A stretch of 64,000 nucleotides of DNA from Spirochaetia bacterium (GTDB taxonomy: Bacteria; Spirochaetota; Spirochaetia; SZUA-6; Bin103), in assembly GCA_965208065.1 (NCBI GenBank), contig OZ242313.1:3678369-3742368 (forward strand), given 5' to 3'. The notes beneath the pieces were generated by a model that did not search any database, had not been told where the DNA came from, and saw nothing but the letters and a program-made list of their open reading frames with translations. The translations under genes were made by a program, and so were the position numbers. Positions 1-12,519 of this stretch are shown in pieces; position 1 is the first letter of the stretch, and each line of letters opens with the position of its first letter.

Positions 1-656
1 GCGTCCAGTACCAGGATGAGAGTCTGATCCAGCTGGAGCTAAAGCAGAGCGCGTCGGAATCGGGCGAAGAGGAGTTTCGAGTGGTTTGGCGGGCCGCGCT
101 GGACATGAGCCCCGACGTGATCGTGGTCGATGAAGTGTTGTCCGCCCCGCAAGTGGCGGCGCTGCTCGCGGGTGCGGCCAGCGGGGTGGTCATCGTTCTG
201 CGGATGGCCGGCGACCGGCTGGCGGCCGCCGGAGCACGGCTGGCCGAGTTCGGCGCCGATCGTCACGCCCTCACGCGTGCCCTGCTGGGCGGTGTGGAGC
301 GGGTGGTCGTGCGACGGCTGTGTCCCCAGTGCCGTGTGCGGAGCCGGCTTGCCGCGGAGGAGGCGGCAGCGCTTGGTTTCAAGACAGATGCCGCCGCGGC
401 GCGTCCCGCGGGATGTACCCGCTGCCGGGACGGCTATTCCGGGCGTCGCGCGGTCTACGGATTGTGGCACGACGGTCCCGAACTGGCGCGCGCGTTGACC
501 GCCGGGCCGGACGAACGCTATTCATCCGCGTCGGGAGAGCAGGATTTTGAAGAAGCGGTACGTGGTGCGGTCGTCGATGGCGAAGTGGCCGCCGCGGACG
601 CGGTTGCGTTGCTGTGCATACGCCGCTCCGACGACAGTGTGACCGACCTGGCATAA
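1..656 (+). CDS. GspE/PilB-family type II/IV secretion ATPase, C-terminal part (5' end outside window); His box apparently degenerate
   Basis: The frame continues upstream of the ORF-track start at 81 to the window edge. Aspartate-box-like 'DVIVVDEV' and the C-terminal tetracysteine 'CPQC...CTRCRDGYSGRRAVYGLW' are typical of GspE. The last ~11 codons derive from the duplicated cas4 fragment (623-656). Confidence 0.55.
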   Translation, partial: VQYQDESLIQLELKQSASESGEEEFRVVWRAALDMSPDVIVVDEVLSAPQVAALLAGAASGVVIVLRMAGDRLAAAGARLAEFGADRHALTRALLGGVERVVVRRLCPQCRVRSRLAAEEAAALGFKTDAAAARPAGCTRCRDGYSGRRAVYGLWHDGPELARALTAGPDERYSSASGEQDFEEAVRGAVVDGEVAAADAVALLCIRRSDDSVTDLA

Positions 657-813
657 AGCCTGTTCGAGATCCTCAATATAGGCGCTCGGCAGCGACCCGC
701 CGGCGCGGCCCACCCGGCGGTGGGCGTGCGTGCCTTCGACGGTATCAGCCGATTCCGCCCACTCGCCCTGCACCCCCTGCACCCACTCGAGATATGCAAG
801 GCGCGGACAATAC
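623..813 (-). pseudogene. cas4 5'-region fragment (part A), homologous to nt ~29952-30133 of the cas4-cas1 gene
   Basis: Near-identical nucleotide run versus 29952-30133 with a few indels and a 9-bp tandem duplication. The minus-strand ORF 522..782 translates to 'VQGEWAESADTVEGTHAHRRV.RAGGSLPSA', matching the Cas4 N-terminus. Confidence 0.8.
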
Positions 814-2689
814 GAGGCAATTGCGCTGTAGGGTTTTCAGCGCGGTTGGACGAATGATCGGCGCTGGCGGCGATGCGGACGGGCCGTAGGCGGCCGCGCT
901 GGCGGTTTCCATGCGCCGGACGCGGTCAGAATCGGTGGTCCGGGACTCTCGCCGAGGCAAAATCAGGCTCACCAGTGGTGTGCACGGACCGCTCAGGGCG
1001 GACCGGTGCCGGCTTGCGGTCGGCGGGATGTGAGTTTTCTCTGGTGACCGGCGAGTGTCGCCGGTCAGGCGGGTCTGACCAGACTCCGCAGGTGCTCAGG
1101 TTGGCCAGCCCGGATGCGCCCCAGGGCCATCGCCAGCATGATCGTCATCGCCATGGTGACGCGCAGGTGCATCTTCGCCAGCCCGCGGATGCCCGAACGC
1201 TCGAATCCGAACCCGCCCGCCAACCGGCTGTTGACCCGCTCCACCGCACCGCGCTCGTCGTAGTAGTCCTGCCACCGGTAGCTGGAACGCGCCACCGGCG
1301 TGAACACGCGCCGATCCTCGCCCAGCGGGATGCGCACCGCGTCGCTCACCGGACACTGATCCATTCCCGCGCAGGTGATCCCCGAGTAGCGCGCCGGACA
1401 GCGGTACTTGAGCGTCTCGCGATCGCGCTCGAAGCCGCCGTACGCCATGCGGTGTTCGGTGCCGGTCTGCGGGCACACGCAGGAGACTTGGCCGTCGAAG
1501 GTATAGATCACGTTGTCCTGGCCGCTCACCAGCTTGGTGACCACGCCGTCTTCTTCGTGCTCCCCGTCCTGCCAGCAATTGCGCACGTCGATGATCGGCT
1601 TGATCTGATGTTGTTGCCACAGCCGGTTGATCAGCTTGTGGTCGTCGTAGCCCTTGTCGGCGCTCATGCGACCGCACCGTTCCAGCAGTTCGGGATGACG
1701 CTCGTGCATCTGATCAAGCAGCCGCTGCGCCTGCGGCTGCTCACCGGTCGACGCCTTGGTGACCTCGAACGCCAGCGGCAATTCGTAGGTGGCGTCCACC
1801 ACCAGGTGCAACAGGTAGCCGAACCAGTAGTGTTTCTTCTTGCCCGAGCCCTTGACGCCCCAGTCGGCATCCCGGTCGCGGCGCCCGTCGGTGTCTTGCT
1901 TTCCCTTATCCTTGGGCAGCGGATAGCTGCTCTCGCCCTTGGCCAGGGAGTGCAACTCCTTGCCGTCCAGCGCCTGTACCAGGCCCAGATCCGGTAGCTC
2001 GATCCGGAGTTCGTCGAGGGCGCGGTGGAACATCTCATCGACCTGCCCTTGCTGCTTGCGCACTTGGTGCTGAAAGCGGGTGTAGGCGAATTCGCTGGGC
2101 ACCGCCGCCGCGCCCGCGAACGGGTCGAACCCGCACAGGTCTCGCAACTGTCCGTTGCGCAGCAACTCGCGCCGCAGGGCGGCGATGCTGGGATGTTGGA
2201 ACACGAAGCCGGCGATCAGCGAGTTCCACATCGGGCGCACCGGGTAATCGTTGCGCCCGCGCCCGCGCCCGGTTTCCAGCAGTTGCATCAACGATTCGTC
2301 GGGGAGGACGTCGAGCACCAGCTTCAGACGCTCGAGATCACCGAGCTGGTCGAGGCAGTCCCAACGGAAAAGGAAAGGTTCTGATATAGTAGCCATCGGC
2401 GGTTCTCCTGTTGTGAATTGGTGTTCACTGGCCATTGTGGCGAGTTACAGGAGAGCCGTCAATTATTTTGTAGATAAATATTTACGATGTATCATCGGGG
2501 CGTTTCCAGCGGCGCGCTGCATGCTGCGGCGCTCGCGCAGCTTGTGGGGTAATAAATCCCCTCCCGTGCCATCTCATCGCCTGCATTGTACTTTCGGACA
2601 GCGAAATCACCTCGGTCGTGGGGTAAAGAAAATTCGCCCAACTCCTATCTCATTGCCTTCATGGCAATTACGAACAGCGCAATTGGCTC
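814..2689 (-). mobile_element. IS element (IS4/IS5-superfamily DDE transposase), 16-bp terminal inverted repeats and 5-bp AATAC target-site duplication
   Basis: Left end 'GAGGCAATTGCGCTGT' (814-829). Right end reverse complement 'GAGCCAATTGCGCTGT' (2674-2689). 'AATAC' flanks both ends at 809-813 and 2690-2694. The transposase gene is central. Confidence 0.8.
1065..2435 (-). CDS. DDE transposase, IS4/IS5 superfamily (DDE_Tnp_1-like)
   Basis: 456-aa ORF with 'DKGYDDHKLIN' and a C-terminal 'Y..R...E' signature ('YDERGAVERVNSRL'). Confidence 0.75.
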   Translation of the reverse strand: MASEHQFTTGEPPMATISEPFLFRWDCLDQLGDLERLKLVLDVLPDESLMQLLETGRGRGRNDYPVRPMWNSLIAGFVFQHPSIAALRRELLRNGQLRDLCGFDPFAGAAAVPSEFAYTRFQHQVRKQQGQVDEMFHRALDELRIELPDLGLVQALDGKELHSLAKGESSYPLPKDKGKQDTDGRRDRDADWGVKGSGKKKHYWFGYLLHLVVDATYELPLAFEVTKASTGEQPQAQRLLDQMHERHPELLERCGRMSADKGYDDHKLINRLWQQHQIKPIIDVRNCWQDGEHEEDGVVTKLVSGQDNVIYTFDGQVSCVCPQTGTEHRMAYGGFERDRETLKYRCPARYSGITCAGMDQCPVSDAVRIPLGEDRRVFTPVARSSYRWQDYYDERGAVERVNSRLAGGFGFERSGIRGLAKMHLRVTMAMTIMLAMALGRIRAGQPEHLRSLVRPA

Positions 2690-2730
2690 AATACGTGTAT
2701 TCATTGACCATCCGCGCCGGTACCAGCGGC
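2690..2730 (-). pseudogene. cas4 5'-region fragment (part B), homologous to cas4-cas1 nt ~30155-30182; split from part A by the IS
   Basis: 26-bp exact match 'TTGACCATCCGCGCCGGTACCAGCGGCG' plus a flanking degenerate match; the joint is contiguous with part A once the IS and target duplication are removed. Confidence 0.7.
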
Positions 2731-3099
2731 GTCCTCGCGCGATGCGCACCATCGCGTGGCCGCATGCGCACTGCTTGTCCTGCTCCGGCAGGTCGATCAC
2801 TCACTCCGCCCGCGGCAGCGACTGCGGCAGATGCTTGAGCATGCCGTCGACTGCGGCCGCGCCGCCGAAGCCACCAACCGTATGTCCGCCGGCCCGCTGC
2901 TCAACGAATTTGTCCACCTGAGTCCCGACTGGCAGTGAACCTGGCGAGTCTCCAGATACCTGCCGCTGGGCCTGATTCGAGGCGATGTACCTCAAGCGCA
3001 CTCTGTACATCGACGAGACCCGCTTCCGGCGACTCCGCAATGAGGCCGGGGCCTACGGCCCCGGAAGAAATGAAATACAACGAACTCCGCCTAGGGCGT

Positions 3100-3268
3100 T
3101 GTTCGACTTCAATGAGACGCATCTGATGCGGTGCTGCTTCTTGTTGACGCTACTCGAACAACATGTTATTCTTCTTTAGAACGATGCCGTAGGCATTCGT
3201 TTTAGCATGGATAGTGTGATTGTACCGAATACCTACCAACTCGCAACACCAAACGGTGCGCGAAAGAC
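3100..3268 (+). promoter_or_regulatory. AT-richer intergenic region upstream of cas3; probable cas operon promoter
   Basis: Local GC drop (e.g. 'ttattcttctttagaacgatgccgtaggcattcgttttagcatggatagtgtgattgtaccgaatacc') immediately 5' of cas3. Confidence 0.3.
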
Positions 3269-5738
3269 GTGCTCCAGCATGAAGAACCACGCGCGATGAC
3301 CTTCGACGAGTTCTTCTCCACTGCCATGGGCGGCGCCACCCCGTTCGCCTACCAGCGGGCGCTTGCCGAGCGCGACTGGCCGGATGCCCTCATCGCACCG
3401 ACTGGCCTCGGCAAGACTGCGGCTGTCGTGCTGGCATGGCTTTGGAAGCGGTCCACGGCCCCCGATGCCACACCACGCCGCCTGGTGTACTGCCTGCCCA
3501 TGCGCACGCTCGCCGACCAAACCCAACGCAACGCGGCCGACTGGCTGGGCCGGCTTGCTTCCCTGGCCGGGCACCGCGCCGAAGCGCTTCCAGACGCAGA
3601 TCGCGATGTGCATCTGCTAATGGGCGGAGAGGACGAATCGCCATGGTACGAGCACCCCGAACGGGCTGCAATAGTGATTGGGACTCAAGACATGTTGATC
3701 AGCCGGGCGCTGATGCGTGGGTACGCGATGAGCCGGTTCCGCTGGCCGGTCGACTTTGCCTTGCTGCACAACGACGTTCAGTGGGTATTCGACGAGGTGC
3801 AGTTGATGAGTTCGGGGCTTGCCACCTCAACCCAGCTGGAAGGATTTCGCCGCGAATTCGGAACGGCGAGCCGCGCGGCCAGCCTCTGGGTGTCGGCAAC
3901 GCTGCACCCCGAGTGGTTGCGCACGGTTGACGCACCCGCCAATCCCACCGTGTGGCGTGTCCCCGACAACTTCACCGAAGACAGCACGTCTCCCGGCGTG
4001 CGCAGCCTGCTCGACGCGCCAAAGCATATCGAGCCATTGGCGGTGCGTCCGGCCACCGCCAAGAAAGGCGACGTTGCCGCCTACGTCCACAACCTGGCCG
4101 GCGAGATCCTTGGCCGCCATCAGCCAGGCCGGATGACACTGGTCATCCTCAACACCGTGGCGCGTGCGCAACAGGTCCACGCCGCCCTCCTCAAGCGCGG
4201 CGCATGTCCAGATCGGCTCGTCCTCATTCACTCCCGGTTTCGCCTCACCGACCGTTTGCAACACATGAGCAGGCTCCCGCAACCGCGCAGTACACGCGAC
4301 CTGATCGTCGTCACCACGCAAGCCATCGAAGCCGGTGTCGACCTGTCAGCGGCCACCCTGATCAGTGAACTCGCGCCGGCCTCCTCCCTGGTGCAGCGCT
4401 TTGGCCGGGTGAATCGTTACGGCGAATTGAACGACAGCGGCGGCGCTATCATCCGCTGGATCGACCTACACGGAGTCGACGACGCACTCTCGGCACCGTA
4501 CCAACCGCATGAACTGGCAACCGCCCGGGCACGCATTGCGCCGCTGCGCGACGCGCGGCCAGCGCATCTCCCGCCGCCGGCGCCCGAAGACTGCTCCCAT
4601 CGGTGGGTGATCCGCAGCAAGGACTTGATCGATCTGTATGACACCGATTCCGACCTCACCGGTTTCGACGTAGACGTTTCGCCTTACGTGCGCGATGCCG
4701 AAGACACGGACATTCGCGTGTTCTGGCGTGATTTCGACCGTTCTGAAGGGCCGCTTGGAGAGCCGCCGCCGCGCCGTGACGAACTGTGCACTATTCCGAT
4801 CGGTCAGGCGCGCGACTGGCTGAAGACGGTACAGACGAAACAACGACTCCGGCCCTATCATCTCGACCCTCAGGCACGGGGACGCGGCGGCGCAGCGCGG
4901 CACGCCGCTTGGGCACCGCTCGATGCCGGTCCGTGGCCTGGGCTGGTGCTGCTGCTGCACGTGAGTGCCGGCGGCTATTCGCCACACACCGGTTTCGACC
5001 CCGCCATAACGGCCCCGGTCAGTCCGGTAGACCAGCCGGAGAGCGAAACGCGGGCGGCAGAGTCGCTCAACACCGATCCCGACAGCGAACAGCGAGAAGT
5101 CCCCCTCACCGCACATCTCCGGCACGTGGCTGTCGAAGCAGGCCGGCTTTGCAAAGTTCTCGGGGTAGGCGACCACGCGCAGATCTCGCGTGCGGCACGC
5201 TGGCACGACGTCGGCAAGGCGCACTCGACCTTTCAGGAACGCCTTGGCGCCAGCCCATCGGCACCGCCCCTTGCCAAGGCGCCGCACTACGACGTGCGCA
5301 AGGGCCGACCCTACTTTCGCCACGAGTTGGCTTCCGCACTCGCGTACCTGGAACATGCCGACTGGTCACGCGCGGCCGACCTAGTCGCGTATCTCATCGC
5401 CGCACACCACGGCAAAGTGCGCATGAACTTGCGCGCGCTGCCGGCGGAACACCCCCCGGTCAGCTTGGAACGCGGTCCTGATGACCGGCGCTTCGCCCGC
5501 GGTGTCTGGGAAGGCGACGAGTTGCCCGCAGTGGATGCGGGGGCCGGCGAGGAGTGGACTGGCGGAACACTACGCCTGTCCGTCATGGAATTGGGCGAGG
5601 ACGCTCACTCTGGAGCCAGTTGGACCGAGCGCACTCGTGGCTTGCTGGCCGAAACGGGGCCTTTTCGGCTCGCGTTCCTCGAAGCTGTGCTGCGTATCGC
5701 CGATTGGCGCGCATCGGCCGACGAAGAGAAAGGCGGCT

Positions 5739-5749
<11 letters not shown>
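3269..5749 (+). CDS. cas3: Cas3 helicase-nuclease, subtype I-G architecture (helicase N-terminal, HD domain C-terminal)
   Basis: Walker A 'APTGLGKT'; motif II 'VFDEVQLM'; C-terminal HD motifs 'LTAHLRHV...WHDVGKAH...AYLIAAHHGKVR'. Confidence 0.85.
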
Positions 5750-9021
<3,272 letters not shown>

Positions 9022-9033
9022 CCAAATACCACG

Positions 9034-10740
9034 ATGCTCGCGCTCTCGTTCAGCTTTCCGGCTCGCCGTTACCACGCCACTCCCTGGGGCCGTCATGTCA
9101 ACGAAGCAGATGTCGCCTGGCCACCCGAGCCGTGGCGGATTCTGCGCGCCCTGATCGCCACCTACTGGCGCAAGGGAACGTGCGTCCACCGGTCAAAGGA
9201 TGAAGCCGCAGACCTGATCGATGCTCTTGCTGCGACTGCACCGATCTATCACTTGCCCGATGGCGCCGTACACGCGCACACCCGGCACTACATGCCGGCC
9301 CCGACCAAGAAGACGCTCGTATTCGATGCCTTCGCACACCTGCCGGACGGAGCGGCAATCGTGGCGGCATGGCCCGACCTTGTCCTGGAGCCAGGGCAGT
9401 TCGCCCTGGTCGCCGACTTGGCCGAGGGCATCGGTTATCTGGGGCGGGCGGAGAGTTGGGTCCAGTGCACGGCAACCGCGGATTGGGACGTGCGTCATGC
9501 GAATTGCCTGCCGGCGAACGACTCCGGCACCGGCGCGGACGACGTGACCGGTGTGCTGGCGGCCCTTACGCCCACCGGCTATGCCGCCCGACGGACGCGC
9601 CTGCTTGCCCAGGCCGATGCGGATCAGCGAGGTATAGCAGCGCATGCCGGCAAACGTGCGCCATCCGACCGCGCGCTGATCGGAAAGCGCCAGCGCACTT
9701 TTGGCGTGACGCTCCCGGAGCGGCTGATCGATGCTCTGGCAGTCGACAGTGTCGACTACCAGAAACATGGCTGGAACCGGCCGCCAGCGGCGCGCGAGGT
9801 CCGCTACCGGAGGACTCCCCTGTCGCCCCACCCGCGCCGCGTCGTCGTTCGCCCAACTCGGCCGCGGCCCGGCTCCCGCTACACGGTTGCTCGCTACCTG
9901 CTCGCTGGCCGCCCCCAACCGCGAATTGAAGACGCGATCAAGATCGGCGAGTTGATGCGCTTCGCCGCCCTGGCGCAGTTCGGCTGGGAACGCGACCCCC
10001 TGACAGGCCGCAACCGACCGTTGGCGCCACCGGAAATATCCGGCCGCGACGGCAGCGCACCGTTGCGAGACGCCCGCCATTCCCATGCATTCTGGTTGCC
10101 GGAAGATGCCGATGGCGATGGTCTGATCGACCATGTGTGCGTATACGCCGCAACCGGATTCGACGCTCGCGTACGAACAGCGCTTGATCGAATAACGCGG
10201 TTGTGGATCCGGACCGGCGGCGCCGACTCCGAAGCGGGCGGCAGGCGTGAGTGGCGTCTGGCGCTCGAGGGCTTCGGCACCTGCGCAGAATTCGCGCCCG
10301 CGTCCACGTTGTTACGGTGCTCCCGGACGTGGCAGAGCGTCACCCCGTTCCTGCCAACCGCCCATCTGAAACGCACACGCGACGCCCGGCAAGTACGCCG
10401 CATGCTCGAACAGGGGCATGCCGTCGCCGGTCCGCTCGCCGAAGCCACCGGATTTCCACGCGAAGTGCGCCGCCTGCTGCGCCGCCGCAACATGCTTGCC
10501 ACGGGGCTCGCTGAGCAGGTCCAGATCACACTCCTGCCCCACGTCGAAATACACGGTGCTCCCCGCCGCCCCCTGCAATTTCATCGTTTCCGCTCCCGCG
10601 GCCGCGAGACAACCACCGATGCCCACGGCGTTCTGCTGCTGCTCCGCTTCCCAGAACCGGTCACCGGCCCCATCGCCCTCGGCTACGGCTGCCACTTCGG
10701 CCTGGGCCTGTTCGCCGCCTCCGAGGACACCTCAGCGTGA
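9034..10740 (+). CDS. csb2: Csb2 (Cas5u-Cas6u fusion, GSU0054 family)
   Basis: N-terminus 'FPARRYHATPWGRHVNEADVAWPPEPWRILRALIA' is typical of the Cas5 part of Csb2; 568 aa. Confidence 0.7.
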   Translation: MLALSFSFPARRYHATPWGRHVNEADVAWPPEPWRILRALIATYWRKGTCVHRSKDEAADLIDALAATAPIYHLPDGAVHAHTRHYMPAPTKKTLVFDAFAHLPDGAAIVAAWPDLVLEPGQFALVADLAEGIGYLGRAESWVQCTATADWDVRHANCLPANDSGTGADDVTGVLAALTPTGYAARRTRLLAQADADQRGIAAHAGKRAPSDRALIGKRQRTFGVTLPERLIDALAVDSVDYQKHGWNRPPAAREVRYRRTPLSPHPRRVVVRPTRPRPGSRYTVARYLLAGRPQPRIEDAIKIGELMRFAALAQFGWERDPLTGRNRPLAPPEISGRDGSAPLRDARHSHAFWLPEDADGDGLIDHVCVYAATGFDARVRTALDRITRLWIRTGGADSEAGGRREWRLALEGFGTCAEFAPASTLLRCSRTWQSVTPFLPTAHLKRTRDARQVRRMLEQGHAVAGPLAEATGFPREVRRLLRRRNMLATGLAEQVQITLLPHVEIHGAPRRPLQFHRFRSRGRETTTDAHGVLLLLRFPEPVTGPIALGYGCHFGLGLFAASEDTSA

Positions 10741-11147
10741 ACCGTTCCCCCCAGCTCCGACAACCGGTCGCGAAATATTCGCCGCAACCGTTGCCAGCCA
10801 CTGCCCCCCCGAGAATCCCCGGCTACATTCCCCCTATGGCGACCGAATACCCCAGATATGATGATCCGGCTCTGGCCATAGCGGTTGCGCTGAGAACGGC
10901 GCAGGCTCGCGAGACGTTCTGGGACTACCCCGGGCAGGAAGCTGTCCAGCGAGTAGGACGAGGCCCCCAGCTCAAGGGAGTCATCCACGAGGCGGCAATT
11001 CGCAAGCGGCGCAACTCGACCTGGGATGCGCTTCTGCGTGGCAACCGAACCAGCCTTATGGGTGACGAGTACATTTATCTGCCGCAACCGTTGCCGGCTC
11101 TACCTACCTTCGACTCCGCTCGCTTACCCTTGCTCCGATGGGCATGA
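10737..11147 (+). CDS. hypothetical small protein (136 aa) between csb2 and the CARF gene
   Basis: ORF with a GTG start overlapping the csb2 stop; no recognisable motif. Confidence 0.25.
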   Translation: MNRSPQLRQPVAKYSPQPLPATAPPRIPGYIPPMATEYPRYDDPALAIAVALRTAQARETFWDYPGQEAVQRVGRGPQLKGVIHEAAIRKRRNSTWDALLRGNRTSLMGDEYIYLPQPLPALPTFDSARLPLLRWA

Positions 11148-11322
11148 GAAACGGCTACGAATACCGAAGCCGGCAGCGCTCAGCAGGCGCCCGATTGGCA
11201 CAGCACCGTGGTAGGCGCCATGGTCGGTGGGTTGGCCGGCTCGCTCGGGGGTGGCGGATTGGGGCGGGAACTCGGCAACCTGTTGTTTGGCGACTGATCT
11301 GCGAGCTGGAGTATTGCCTAAC

Positions 11323-12519
11323 ATGACGCCGCACGACTATCCAACCCGCGTCCTGGTCGCTGTTACGGGCCTGTCGCCGCAGATCGTGACCGAAACCCTG
11401 TTCGCGCTTGCAGTCGGTCATCGCGATCAGTATATCGTTCCCAGTCCCGAGCAACGGCTCCTGGAGCCCACGAAGATCCGGCTCATCACGACCGAAGAAG
11501 GAGCGCGTCGAACCAAGTGCGCACTCCTGCATCCCGAACGCGGCTGGTTCTACCGGCTGTGCTCCGATTACGATCTGCCGGTCATCGAGTTCGGGCCTGA
11601 ACACATCATCGTGCTCCGCGACGAAGCCGGCCGGCCACTTGATGACATCCGCAGCAGGGAAGACAACAGGAGCGCTGCTGACGCCATCACGGCAGTCGTT
11701 CGCGAGCTGAGCAACGACCAGCAAAGCGCGTTGCACGTTTCGATAGCCGGCGGCCGCAAAACCATGGGGTTCTATCTGGGCTATGCGTTGTCGCTGTTCG
11801 GCCGCGCTCAGGATCGGTTGTCACATGTGCTGGTGAACGCGCCGTTCGAGTCGCACCCGGAGTTTTTTTATCCGACGCCGAAGATGTATCTCATAAAGGA
11901 TCGAAACGGGCGTTCGTGCGACGCGCGGGACGCCCGCGTCACGCTCGCCGACATACCCTTCGTACGCCTGCGGGACGAGCTGCGCCCCGATCTGCTTACC
12001 GGCGATGTGAGTTTCTCCGTGGCGGTCGAGGAGGCGCAACGCGCCGTGCCGCCGGTAGAGCTGATACTTGACCCGGCCAGATGTACGGTCACCGCTGGCG
12101 GAGCGAGCTTTGAGTTGAAGCCGTCCCGCTTCGCGCTATACTGGCTGTTGGCCGACCGGGCTCGCGGGGGCCGGCCCGGGGTCCACTGGAGCGAGGAGGA
12201 CTTCGTGGAGACGCTGCTGCGTTACTATCGACGAATAGGCCGAGTAGATTCTGACTTCGGCGACTACAAGCGGGTCGAGCCCGCTTATCGACGTGGCCCT
12301 ATCGAGAAAATCGTCAAGCCGACCAAGACACGTATCAACAATGGTCTCAGGCTGCGCCTGGGCGAACGGCGTGCCACTCCGTACCTGATCGACTCGCTGG
12401 GGTTGATCCCCGGTACGCGGCGCAAACGCTTCGGCCTCAGTCTTCCTCCGAGCGCGATACGGTACCGTACCGATCGCCAGCCCGCCCGCGTCATGGACCG
12501 GAGAAGCAGCAATAGATGA
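11323..12519 (+). CDS. CARF-domain protein (Cas_NE0113-like N-terminal domain) with a C-terminal extension, possibly a winged helix; putative cOA-responsive regulator or effector
   Basis: 'RVLVAVTGLSPQIVTETLFAL' and 'LHVSIAGGRKTMGFYLGYALSLFGR...LSHVLVNAPFESHPEFFYP' match my memory of the NE0113/CARF family. C-terminus contains 'FELKPSRFALYWLLADR'. Start assigned to Met33 of ORF 11227. Confidence 0.55.
   Translation: MTPHDYPTRVLVAVTGLSPQIVTETLFALAVGHRDQYIVPSPEQRLLEPTKIRLITTEEGARRTKCALLHPERGWFYRLCSDYDLPVIEFGPEHIIVLRDEAGRPLDDIRSREDNRSAADAITAVVRELSNDQQSALHVSIAGGRKTMGFYLGYALSLFGRAQDRLSHVLVNAPFESHPEFFYPTPKMYLIKDRNGRSCDARDARVTLADIPFVRLRDELRPDLLTGDVSFSVAVEEAQRAVPPVELILDPARCTVTAGGASFELKPSRFALYWLLADRARGGRPGVHWSEEDFVETLLRYYRRIGRVDSDFGDYKRVEPAYRRGPIEKIVKPTKTRINNGLRLRLGERRATPYLIDSLGLIPGTRRKRFGLSLPPSAIRYRTDRQPARVMDRRSSNR

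Noticed and set aside
1030-1062. Perfect palindrome ACCGGCGAGTGTCGCCGGT just 3' of the IS transposase gene
   Set aside because: Considered as a rho-independent terminator but there is no U-tract on the relevant strand; more likely an IS-internal structural element.
873-1997. 374-aa plus-strand ORF
   Set aside because: Entirely antisense to the IS transposase gene; typical spurious long ORF in high-GC DNA; no motif.
11138-11326. 62-aa ORF 'MGMRNGYEYRS...'
   Set aside because: Arg-rich alternative frame overlapping the more plausible glycine-zipper peptide frame and the CARF upstream region; no support.
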